Source of the DNA: Octopus sinensis
Taxonomy: Eukaryota
DNA: 64,000 bases
Reading direction: 5' to 3'
Assembly: GCF_006345805.1 (NCBI RefSeq)
Contig: NC_042999.1
Span: 100,254,001 to 100,318,000 of the forward strand
The number at the start of each line of letters is the position of its first letter. Position 1 is the first letter of the stretch. Both the position numbers and the translations under genes were made by a program. The notes under the pieces were generated by a model, which worked only from the letters and a program-made list of their open reading frames with translations, had not been told where the DNA came from and ran no database searches. This document shows positions 39,511 to 51,779 of this stretch, one piece after another.

Positions 39511-40098
39511 ATAACGTAAGGGGGATCAGCCATCTGAATGTGGCTAGGGACAGGGCGGGGTGGTGGGGGTGTTACTGATGCATTTAGCCCCAGGCGATCA
39601 TCGACGTCGCCAGAAGGACCGACACCATCACGGTGTCCTTGCTAGCCTGTAAAGGGAGATCAGCCTCACCGAAGATACGGATACTACATACGGACCGGTT
39701 TCGAGGTAATTGCCTCTTATCAACGTATGGTAAGCACCGTTCTTCGATGAGGGACTCTCTCTACAGGCTGCATATATAAGGATTTTCACAGTAACCACAG
39801 TCACTGATGTAGAAAAACCGTTCGAAAACAATAATAAATCTCTGAGCAAGGTATAAACAGTAACTGCTCTATAACGTAAGGGGGATCAGCCATCTGAATG
39901 TGGCTGATCTCCCTTTACAGGCTAGCAAGGACACCGTGATGGTGTCGGTCCTTCTGGTGATGTCGATGATCGCCTGGGGCTAAATGCATCAGTAACACCC
40001 CCACCACCCCGCCCTGTCCCTAGCCACATTCAGATGGCTGATCCCCCTTACGTTATAGAGCAGTTACTGTTTATATCTCGCTCAGAGATTTATTGTTG

Positions 40099-40099
<1 letters not shown>
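39511..40099. mobile_element. (TA)n-flanked 360-nt unit with 35-nt terminal redundancy and fold-back inversion (retrozyme / PLE pseudo-LTR-like)
   Basis: 39511-39545 repeats at 39871-39905; 39511-39665 is inverted at 39902-40056; 39828-39905 is inverted at 40022-40099; contains an HHR. Confidence 0.75.
39687..39729 (-). ncRNA. Type I hammerhead ribozyme, U3:A8 variant with palindromic stem III
   Basis: Minus strand CATACG-TTGATAA-GAGG-CAATTA-CCTC-GAAA-CCGGT-C-CGTATG: 6-bp stem I, 4-bp stem II, ACCGGU stem III, GUC cleavage triplet. Confidence 0.85.
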
Positions 40100-40130
<31 letters not shown>

Positions 40131-40300
40131 ATATTATATATATAATATATATATATACATATATATATACATATATACATATATATGGTCTCTCTCTATA
40201 TATACATATATTATATATACATGTATATATATTATATATGCATGTATATATATTATATGTATACACACACACATACTGACTCACACACACACACACACAC

Positions 40301-40361
<61 letters not shown>

Positions 40362-40560
40362 GAATAGATACATAGATATATATATATATATAAATAACAT
40401 GATTACATGAATATATATATATGTATATTTATATAAATGTTTATATGTGTGTGTCTGTCTGTCTCTCTGTGTATGACAGTATGCATGTATATAGGTTGTG
40501 TGTGTGTGCGTGTGTGTGCGAGTGTATGCGCGTGCATGCATGCGTACGCGTGTGTGTGCT
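40100..40560. repeat. (TA)n/(CA)n/(TG)n microsatellite field
   Basis: Read directly. Confidence 0.9.
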
Positions 40561-43500
40561 TGCAAAATAAAAGAAAAGAAAATGTAAAAGATGGTAATTA
40601 AAAGAGAAATCAAATAATATTAAAATGAATGTATCAATGAATACATGAATAAAAATGGGAGAATAGGAAAATGGAAAATAGGAAAAGTAAAGGAGAAAAA
40701 TAAAATAAATAGCTAAGAAATACAGAAACAGCGAAAAATAAAACGAAGAGAATATTATGATTGAGGTAGGAGCAGAAGATTATTAGATTGGAAGAAATAT
40801 CTTCCTTTTTCAGTTCTATAAATTTGGTTATTGAATTGTTTCTATAATAGGACAAGTCATGTGATTTTCTCTCGCCATTGAAATTAGAAGCTTAGAATTA
40901 TGTCAAATACAGTAACAATTATCTCGGCTTGCTTTCATATCTCGCATCCCCATAGTACAGATGTATTGTTGGCTAATAGCAAATGGTTTCATCGAGAGCG
41001 CAATTCTATTCTAGGCGTCAAATAAGATATTCCCTTCAGACGATATCAGAAAACCAGATGTAAGCAGATGCGGAATTTAACAATTTCTTGTTTTTCCACT
41101 TCGAATTTTTTTCTTTTATTCGCTGTTCATTTCCGGGAAAATGACAAGCTCTTGCCTGCTCCGGGTCTAGCCGTTAGTTAACACGTATCCTGGAACGAAT
41201 ACACCGGTGTAACTGTCACTTATAAAAAATATTCCTCTTTAAGAGTGTTAGAAAAATTTGTATTATAATTAATTCTTATATACGTAAGCTCCTCAGTACA
41301 TTAACCAACAATATTTCAAACCACACATTGAGTGCACCAATCTTGCTCATATCTTTGTATTCCAATCCAAAAAAGGGTGCAACGAACAACGGACTCAACA
41401 ACAAAATTATAAATTGGGAAGATTTTTCAAAGTATTTTCTCTAATTTGCCTTTCAAATCAGTCTCTAATTTTAATTTGTCCTCCTCAATGCCGTCAGAAA
41501 TTACACAATATCAGTCCAAAACTCTCAGTGATACTCATCAAACAACGTAATAAATGAGGAACACGTGTAGTTAAATACTTGTTGCAGGGAATATCTCTTG
41601 GCCTTTGCAAAGATACAAAGTCATAATGCATCAGCTCAAAGAACAAAATTCAGTTTCTTAGTAATTTTAAAGAATTTATCAACAAGCAACACATGTAGAT
41701 AAATTCTGGTATGGGGAGTTATTTTTTAGTCTTTCTTTTGGCCAAAAAATGCCCTGTAAAAGATGAAACAGAGTGGTTTTACATTACATCACTATGCGCT
41801 ATGATGACAAATCCCGCCAGAGTCTTCGCTGAATTCCATCCCTCCGAAATCGATAAAATAATAAAGTGCCAGTCATGAACTGATATTTTATTATTTGTAA
41901 TAATTTGGTCAAATATACACCTTCCCAATGAAATAAACTTAAAATTCGCTATTTCTTGTGTTTATATCTTTTTAAAATATTTTTCAAGGAGCACGATACA
42001 CACCTTGATGAATTAAATTGGGAAGGTGTTTCTGTTTAACTCGAGACTCAACTGCGATGAAATGTAAAGTTTATACTGATAAGAATTGAACTCAGTACCT
42101 AAAAAGTCGAATAAAATACAAGACATTTTTCTAGTACTCTAATGATTCTGTCATCCTACTACCCTTTGAAATTTTGTAATAAAGATTACTTATATGTGTG
42201 CTAGGCCACAAATTTTGGGGGTGTAACCAAAACTTGACTGATATTGTATTTCATCATACCCAGAAGTATAAAATGAAAACTCTACATCCACGGTGATCGA
42301 ACACAGAACATACAGAGAAGTAATTGTATAAAACAAAGTTTTTAGTTCGAAGCTCTACCGAGTGTTCCATTCTGCAACCCTTGAAATTCTATAATAATTA
42401 TTTGTTCATAACAACCAATAAGTATCGTAACTAACAGTTAACTCATAATATTTCGAACCAACTATCTGTCAGCATGAGTCCATGGGGAATCCAGCTAAAG
42501 CAGCGGGGACACTGTATAGTCAACAAACACGTCATTGACTTAGTATGCCGTGCCCAATTACCTTCATGAAATGACAGAAGGCTACGATGAAAGTCTTGCA
42601 GCGTTTCTTCGCTTAAATCACTTAATAATGAAACACTGCTTTACACAACATTATTTTCAGTATCCTGTGTAAGCTGACATGTACAGTTTAATGTAATAAT
42701 GACTTGGCAGCGTATTCCCGAGATGGCATTGTTTCTTACAAAGAGTGATATAATGGATTAGATTATCATGTGAAAATACTCCAACAAAACGTCATATTAC
42801 TTCAAAAGCGTTTGAGCAAATTTCTGAGATTTGTCACTAAGCGACTTTATAAAAGCAGTATCTTAACTTGAAATAGCTGAAATATATAAATTTTTCTTTT
42901 TCTTTTTTTTTTTTTCATCGGAGGTAGTGTCGGAAACTACAAAATATCCTTTTGTAACACTTTATTCTATTAATCGTTTTTGCTTTTGTTTTGAGCTGGA
43001 ATTTAAGTCAGGTTCTGTTTTATCACTTTCAATATTTCATATGCTCTATGGTTTAAAGAAAGATTCTATTATAATCCTAGTGATAGAAAATAAAACGTGA
43101 ATATTTATCAAAGAGATATACGATAGTGAATGCATATATGATGCTTGATTATTACTAAGATATTTGACAAATTATTCATCCAACGCTGCCTAACTGATTT
43201 CATCTTAAAACATTATTGTAAAATTTAGTTGCACACTTTTAATTTCATGAATCTAGTTTTGCATTTAAGAAGTCTTATATTGTCTTCTTTATTAATAAAG
43301 GACTGTGTTTCAAATATGCATTTACATGTATCTCATTCACTTAACCGACTCGATGGATTTAAGTTTGAATTACCCAACAAGAAGACAACAAATATCACTA
43401 CAATGAGATATCTTCTCTGTCGAAACTATGAGGGAACTACAACAGCAAGCTAACGAGGAAGTCTGCTTGACTGCTTGATATGTTAGAATTAGCAGCCAAA

Positions 43501-44061
43501 TCGTTTTCAGATCACACGCATTGCAGACCCTTATCAGTTTTATCGAAACAATCTGATTTATTTAGCAAAACATTTTATGTATTTTGAGTTCAAAGTTTCA
43601 GAAAACTATACCATTATACTTTCTCTTCGCTATCGCTTCTTAGTTATCGTTGTTAAACCAATACACTGATGTGTTTTTATAATGTACTTGAACACAATTA
43701 TTTCTCAAAACTGATTTTAAATAATTTCAAATCACATTATACTATATTACCACAAGTTTGTCAAACTTCAAAGATAGCACACTTTCTAATGAACAATCGT
43801 TCTTACTTCCTCCCACTGTTGCAAAGTTTCACATAGAAAACCTAATGATGACTCTGTCAACAAGGCCCAAGCTTGTCTATATAATTTATACGCTTTGGAG
43901 AATTCCTGATAACTGTAAATACAAAGTGCATAACATCTCTAAAAAGAAGCAAATAGCTGCTGTAAGATTCGGTTTATTTCACATCATTAACCTTTCAAAC
44001 TATTCATACGTGTATATTTGTATACATTCTACACATACCCACATGCAAACACACACGCTCA

Positions 44062-44097
<36 letters not shown>

Positions 44098-44689
44098 TGC
44101 ACACGCGCATGCAAACAATCATATGCATACATGTATGCATATATATATTTGCTGGAATGTGTGCTTATATTTATGTCTGCGTGTGTGAGTGCCTATGTAT
44201 AAGTATATGTATTCTTCAGAGTTTTGTCTCTGTCTCCTGATTTTTGAATTATATTAGCGTAAACGTATTTCGTGGACTGTTCCATTGTATTTTATTTCAG
44301 CTCTATTTTTGTACATGATTATTTCTTTGTATTCTCTCTTTTCTTTTTTACTTTCTTACTTGACATTTGGATTCTTCTGGTCAACGAATTGACGTTAAAA
44401 CATATAATGAGAACGCTATCCCTTGATAAATAGCCTTGTCAAGTATACGAACCTGGAAGAATAAATATGGCCCGTCTTCAGTGAATGAGCCAAAGAAAAG
44501 AGTGGAACAAATGTAGTTTTCCAAAGAGTTGTTTCAGGAAATATTCTCCTGTCAGTAAGTTTTCTCGACATCTCTTAATACTTTTCAAAATGCCCATCAT
44601 TCTACTTTGGTTAATGTAGTAAATACATCAGATGTTTCCAAAACTGAAGAGTTATTAAATATTTTATCATATACCGTATATATAACACC

Positions 44690-44691
44690 TG

Positions 44692-44727
<36 letters not shown>

Positions 44728-44948
44728 TGTATGTATGTATGTATGTATGTATGTATGTATTTATATATGTATGTATGTATGTGTGTATGTGTGTGTGTGT
44801 GTGTGTGCATATGTATGTATAAAACATTTCTGAAACAAACAGTATAGATCGGCACATATTGCTTTACTTCCGTGTAGATATATTAAATATTACACTTAGA
44901 ATTATATTTACATATACATGCGAGTGTGTATGTACATGTATATATATA

Positions 44949-44995
<47 letters not shown>

Positions 44996-45026
44996 TATAT
45001 ATATATACATACATATATATGCATAC

Positions 45027-45073
<47 letters not shown>

Positions 45074-45094
45074 CTCGTGTATGAATAGATAAAC

Positions 45095-45147
<53 letters not shown>

Positions 45148-45440
45148 ATTATATTTATATTGCATGTATGTGCGTTTGCATGTGTGTATGTATATATGTA
45201 TCTATGCATATGTATATATATATATATATATATATATTTGTGTGTATATATATGTAGATGTATATATCATATATATATATATTTGCAGACGCACAGGCAC
45301 ACAAACGCACACACATGAACGCACACACAAATACACACACACACACACATATAAACTGAATTTGTTCCTTTTCCTTCTTTTGCATTGATTTTTCGCACAC
45401 ACACACATTCACATACACAAACAATACACACACACACACT
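44690..45440. repeat. (TATG)n/(TA)n/(CA)n microsatellite field
   Basis: Read directly, with a short unique stretch at about 44820-44920. Confidence 0.9.
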
Positions 45441-46222
45441 TCATAGTTTTAATTTCTCGTTAGTTTTCTTCACGTTTGTTCCATTTTCCTTTTCTGTTGC
45501 TTGACATTTATCGTTGGAATTGTCTCATTTCGAAGATCGTGAGCTGTTTGAAAATGTGTAATGAATCCGTAATAACAACTGATTCTCTACCATTAAAACT
45601 CTTCCTTGTTCTGCTCTTGTTCTTTTTGTTGTTGTTGTTCAGGATCTTGTTGCGGTAGATGATGTCGTTACTAGTATTGCTGTTCTCCTCGTTTTCGTTG
45701 TCGTCGACTTCGTTGTTTTAATTATTTGGTGATGTTTTTTGTTTTGTTTTTTTGGTTTTCTTTTTAATTGTCGTTGTCATCGTTGTTGTTGTTGTTGTTG
45801 TTGTTCTTATGTTTATTGATTGCCAGGAACGGTTGATTTCAAAATGTACAACAAAACGAACATAATTGCTCGTCCGCAATAGCCAAGAATATATTTCTTC
45901 AAAACCCGCAACGAATATTATCTCGCAACCATTAGAGAAAATTAAAATTTCATTTTATTCAAAATTTTTCTAATTTTTTTCATAGTTTTCTGATCGTATC
46001 ATCATCATCATCATCATCAGCAACAGCAGCAGCAGCAGTATTAGTAATTGTTGTTGTTGTTTTGGTTCTGTTGTTATCTTATTACTGCTCTTCTTTGGGG
46101 GTTTATTTTTGCATTCATATGTTTTGTTGATGTTTCAGTAAATTAATATTTTAAATAGTGTATATTAAATAAACGAAACGTTGTTTGAATGTTGTTGTTG
46201 CTGCTGCTGCTGCTGCACCTGC

Positions 46223-46271
<49 letters not shown>

Positions 46272-46299
46272 GGTGGTGGTGGTGGTGGTGTTTTTTTTC

Positions 46300-46500
46300 T
46301 TCTTCTTCTTGTGTTGACGCTTTACCGGCCCTGACCGAACAGATCTATCGTCTAAAGTATTTCACCCGTGACCATTCCTCCAGATCTTCAACAGACGTAT
46401 GGCATCTTGGAGTAGAGTATCTAAGACGATTCAACCTGCCCTTAGCTTACAAGGTGTGCTATAATGGAGATATGTCTGTTGTTTCGTTAACAAGCTTCTG
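46300..46500 (-). mobile_element. Degraded SINE-like family D with trinucleotide tail
   Basis: CTGACCGAACAGATCTAT...AAAGTATTTCACCCGTGACCA aligns with 56290-56350; the adjacent (TGT)n/(TGG)n/(TCT)n run is the likely tail. Confidence 0.45.
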
Positions 46501-46731
46501 TTATGCAAATTAGCCTAGGTATTACAAATAAGTTCTGGTTAAATAGTGATTTACTATTATTCTCTTCTTTGTAAGGAAAATATGAAGGTACTGGTCTTCT
46601 GATTAATGATCAAAGAACTATGAGACACGTCAGGATAATCGCCATTGTTTTTTGGAGAACAAAGCGGATAACTAAATATCTTGACATCTGTTTAAAGATT
46701 CACACCGAAATGCTTAAACTGTATATTAATT

Positions 46732-46965
46732 TATTTCTTTATTACCCACAAGGGGCTAAACACAGAGAGGACAAACAAGGACAGACAAACGGATTAAGTC
46801 GATTTCATCGACCCCAGTGCGTAACTGGTACTTAATTTATCGACCCCGAAAGGATGAAAGGCAAAGTCGACCTCGGCGGAATTTGAACTCAGAACGTAAC
46901 GGCAGACGAAATACGGCTACGCATTTCGCCCGGTGTGCTAACGATTCTGCCAGCTCGCCGCCCTA
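46732..46965 (-). mobile_element. SINE family B, full length, 16-bp TSD
   Basis: Near-consensus copy; AAACTGTATATTAATT at 46716-46731 and 46966-46981. Confidence 0.9.
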
Positions 46966-47029
46966 AAACTGTATATTAATTGCTTTAAATTTATCATGTG
47001 TGTTTGTGTACTTATATATGCACACACAT

Positions 47030-47136
<107 letters not shown>

Positions 47137-47149
47137 GCACACAAATATA

Positions 47150-47855
47150 GGGTACCCGAAAGTAACCGGAAACGTTCACTGTGGAAGCCACTTGATGCGA
47201 CTCTCGGGCATTAGCCTGCCGACCGGCATCGTCCTGTGAGATCTTACTGCCGCATTGCGCGTCTTTGTTTTGCATTGCTTCTCCCCCTATTCGTCGATTT
47301 TTCAACTACGGCTGAAACGAAGGGACAGCGTGCTTCCGTGAAATTCTGTTTTCTGCTGAGGAAAACGGCAGCCGAAACATTTGTCATGCTTCAAACAGTT
47401 TACAAGGACGCTGCCATGAGCAAAACACAAGTTTACGAGTGGTTTTCACACAATAGAAATGGTCACTTGTCGCTTGAAAACCAACCTCGTTCAGGACAGC
47501 TGTCGACCACCCTAATGAATTGAAACATCAGGAAAATTCATGAACTGATCTTGGAGGACCGTCGCCGAACAATTGACGGATTTGTTGATATGACCGTTGT
47601 GTCCTGGAGCTTCTGCCAACGAATTTTGAGCGAGGAATTGCGAATGAAAAGAATTGCAGCAAAGTTGTGCCTCGCTTGCTCATGGAAGATTAAAAGCAGT
47701 CACCACTGAATGTGTGTCGTGAACTGAAAGAACAGTTGGAAGTTGATCCAGACCTTTTTTCGAACATTATCATTGGTGACGAAAGCTGGTGCTACGAAAT
47801 TTTCAGATGTGGAAGAGGTGAAGAAAAGAACGACGGAGGCATTGGAAACTTCGGT
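47150..47855 (+). mobile_element. Internally deleted mariner transposon
   Basis: QRASVKFCFLLRKTAAETFVMLQTVYKDAAMSKTQVYEWF...PRSG...ILEDRRRTI...ILSEELRMKRIAAK/VPRLL...IIIGDESWCY joined directly to C-terminal KFSDVEEVKKRTTEAL. Left TIR-like TATAGGGTACCCGAAAGTAACCGGAA. Confidence 0.85.
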
Positions 47856-48164
47856 TTATTTGAAATTGTTTGTTCTTTTATCAACTGTAGAACGCTATGT
47901 AAATAAAGCTATAAATATAGCGCGTAGAAATCCTTTGAAAAGTTTTATCTATTTCGTGATCTACAATGAAAAAATATCGAATTATTTTACGTCTCTGGAA
48001 GATTCTAAATTACCTCTGGTAAGAACAAATCTTCTAAAATGGATGGAGATATTCGAAGCATTGTGTTGGCCCAATTGTAGAAAGTCTCTCGTGTTTACAT
48101 GAGATATGTGTTTCAGTCCCACGGGCATCCTTTGAAATTTTGCTTCCAAAAGGTTTTTCCTGGG

Positions 48165-48366
48165 AGAATCATTAGCAGGCCGGGTGAAATGCATCGCGGC
48201 ATTTCGTCCGTCTTTATGTTTTGAGTTTAATTTCTGCCGTGGTCGACTTTGCATTTCATCCCTTTGGGGTGGATAAAATAAGTACCATTTGAGTACTGGA
48301 GTCGATGCAATCAACTAACCTCCTCTCTGAAATTGCTGGCCTTGTGCCAAAATTTGAAATTATTAT
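48165..48366 (+). mobile_element. SINE family B
   Basis: Shared head remnant, core and (ATT) tail. Confidence 0.8.
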
Positions 48367-48766
48367 AGCTTTATTTGCTTCAAGTTCTACAATAAAAAAA
48401 ATATTCATGCATACATCGAGAGAGAGGTGAGAGAGAGACTGAGGCACCCATTCCAAATACTCAATAGTATTTCTTCAAAGACAGAAGCACTTTTTGAACT
48501 TTTAGAGGCTAAAACTCTAACTAGTAAGTACAGCATACATATTTCATACTTGAGATTACTGTATTATATTCAAACTTTGGAAGCAAAAAATTTCGATATA
48601 AAGGTAAGCCAAAGCATTTATTGGGCATCTGGAAAAGTGTGTCAGGAAACTTGTTAGCCGAATTTTGAATTATGTTTTCGATGCAGTGAGCAGACATGCG
48701 CGCGCACACAGGCATGCAGATATACACTCAAGTACAATATGTTAACGTGCATGCAACCATAGATAC

Positions 48767-48866
<100 letters not shown>

Positions 48867-49096
48867 TTGGAAGTATATGTGTGTGCATATAAATATGTGG
48901 ATGTGTGTGCGTAATAAAATATCTGGCTCAGGGATACGTGTGGAATAAGAGAAACACACACAGAAGACACAGACAAGTTCAAAGTCCATATCAGTTATCG
49001 ACTAAATATCACCAGAATTTACACACGCGCACACACACACATATATTCATATATTCACGTTGTCTATAACGATTTTTTAAAAAAAATCAATAGTGT

Positions 49097-49788
49097 ATCA
49101 GTTGATTTATGCTATCGATTCGGTAAGGAAGTCGAGAGTATCTTCTCTTAGGAGCGGTCAACAAACCAGGAAACGGTCCTTCGTAGACTTTTCCCTATTC
49201 GGTTAATCCTTATTCCATCATTATAAGTCTTACCATTGTTAACATTGTGATTTTCATGTAAAGAGCGGCAATTCATTAGAGAAATGAAACATATTTCTAA
49301 AGGGAAGACACCTTTATTTTTGTCTTGAAGGCAAAAAGTTTATATTTTTTCTAGGTTTCGTGTTAGATTTCCTGGTATCCCTGTGCCACTGAATACACAT
49401 AAGAAAATATCTTTCTCAAAGGAGGAGGCGGGCAGCATTTAACTTGAATTTTAGTTTGTGTATACGTTGAACTTTTTTTCTATTTATATTGTCGCTCGTA
49501 GATTCAGCTAGTCTTCCAATAAAATTCACTGATGCAGGAATATAGTTAAAAGCTAGAAACTGGTATGTGTTTGATTACAGCATTGAGTTACTCAGAAGAA
49601 CTGAAAAAATATTTAAACACTGTAAGGCATTATTGTGGTTTAAATAACAATATAAACACATTTTTCGATACTATTCATATGTGGGGGGAAAGGTAGTCTG
49701 ACGAAGGACCGTTTCATGGTTTGTTGATCGCTCCTAAGAGAAGATACTCGCGACTTCCTTTCCGAATCAATAGCATAAATTAACTGAT
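49097..49788. repeat. Inverted pair of ~95-bp repeats (49097-49188 and 49693-49788) with a degenerate HHR-like motif
   Basis: ATCAGTT.ATTTATGCTAT.GATTCGG.AAGGAAGTCG.GAGTATCTTCTCTTAGGAGCG.TCAACAAACCA.GAAACGGTCCTTCGT.AGACT occurs on opposite strands. Confidence 0.85.
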
Positions 49789-49949
49789 TCATAAAGCGGT
49801 AGTGGAATAGGGTAGTACTGTAGCACCCAAGTGGATAGCACAATACGCATGTTTGTACTTTTGATTGCTCATCAATTGCTGCTACTCTATTTTATGACTG
49901 CTCTGTATAGAAGCTGACGTACGTTATTAATAGAAGGCCGGTTATGTCA

Positions 49950-50030
49950 TCTCAGATAAGTGGTCAACAAACCGCAAAACGGTCCGTTAGGAAAGTCTCT
50001 CCTTTTCCCGTACATTGACAGCATAGAAAC
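49950..50030 (+). repeat. Third, more diverged copy of the 49.1/49.7-kb repeat
   Basis: TCT-CAGATAA-GTGGT-CAACAA-ACCGC-AAAACGG-T-CCGT-T-AGG; downstream sequence resembles that following the minus-strand copy. Confidence 0.6.
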
Positions 50031-50983
50031 ATTATATTTACATTGCCATTTAACTTATAAGTGGTATTTTGTAATGTTTTAATTTATTTCAGTTCTTGAA
50101 GTTGGTAGTTCTTGAGCCTAGGCAAGATTTTTTTCTCGTATTTAAGATATGATGATGTAGGGTGAGTCTTGAGTTTTTCAACTCACAGTGACTGCTGGTG
50201 CCAGAATATGCTTTAACTTCTGGAAAGATACACCATTTTATTTTGGATTTTTCCGAGAGTTTTTTTTCTCTGTCATTTAAAATCTCAAGGTTTTTCGAAA
50301 ATAACATGCATCACGCATTTTTCTGGATCTAAACGAATTGATGAGCTGCGTTTATGTTGTTTTAAAGATATTCTCGGTTAAGCTTATGTACGTTATCGCT
50401 ATGCGTTCTACCGATTCTGTAACAGCTTTATCTAGTATTTCTTTTGGCAAGACTTTTCCATTTCTAAGACACTCCTAGTCGTGTATCAGCTTAGATTTTC
50501 TGTGTGGTATTTATACATTTGGAACTGTTAAATATTTGTAATGTTGTTGCTCATACGAGTATAGCTGGTCTTATATATTTAGGTGAAGATTGTATGATAT
50601 TTGTATAAAGGGAGAAGTGCATACTAACGAGCCTACGGAAGCATTATTTTAGCTACATTACAACTATGGAAGGGTAGTTATACTAGATATTTTTCTAGTT
50701 TTACGCTTGAGCATATTTTGGGAGCGTGTCTATGTATTTGAGCTTAGTGATAAAAACCACTTCTAGCAAGAGATGTATTGTTGTAAAGGTCAGTATTGAT
50801 AAACATTTTTCTATTCGATGATAGGTTACGCGTGTGTGTATATGTGCGTACGTGTGAGCATGTGGATGGATAGATATATGTCTGTATGTATATGTACATA
50901 TATCTACATTTATATTACATAAATATATATATACACACGGGCATAATATATATATATGTATATATATATATATACACACACAT

Positions 50984-51036
<53 letters not shown>

Positions 51037-51720
51037 GTATTATGTATGTATGTATGTATGTATGTATGTATGTATGTATGTTTAGTAAGAGTGATAGAGA
51101 CAGAAGAAAAGAAAAAAGAAAGAAAGCGGAACAGTAAGAGAATACAAAAGTAAATATTAGCTAATAGAACCAAACATGCCATCAGTCAAGACAAATGCTG
51201 TGATAAAATTTTGGGTCTAGGAGATAATATTTTGCTTTTCGCAAATTTTGAATCACATTGGTTTATTTAAATTTGAATTTTCATAGAATATAATCGCAGA
51301 GCTATTAATTGCACATTTTTAATTCAACAACTAAACAATCCTATGACAGTCAATATCATTAAAAATAAATCTAAGGCTGCGTGTTGTCTTTATATACTGA
51401 ATAGTAACCATTAAGAGATTCACGTACACGATTATAGTAAATGTGTAACATTAAGGAGAAAGTATGCATACACGCGCGCACGTGTATTTGTGTGTGTGTG
51501 TGCCTATGTATGTATACACATTCTCGTTATTATTAACCGTATATATAAATACACACACACACACATATATATATATAATATACATACATACAAATATGCA
51601 CACATACAATCATACATATACATATACATAGTCAAGTATATATAAACGTATACACGCACACATATGTGTATGTTTATGTATCTATATATGTGCGTGTTTA
51701 TGTTTGGTGTTTGTGTGTGC

Positions 51721-51779
<59 letters not shown>

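Noticed and set aside
39803-39830. CTGATGTAGAA...TTCGAAAAC, a possible plus-strand HHR in the 360-nt unit
   Set aside because: There is an insertion in the core and no stem III or UH triplet.
40770-40790. TGAGGTAG, let-7-like 5' end
   Set aside because: The rest does not match let-7 and there is no hairpin.
46181-46513. ORF with poly-Cys and poly-Trp
   Set aside because: It comes from (TGT)n/(TGC)n/(TGG)n repeats running into a degraded SINE-like element.
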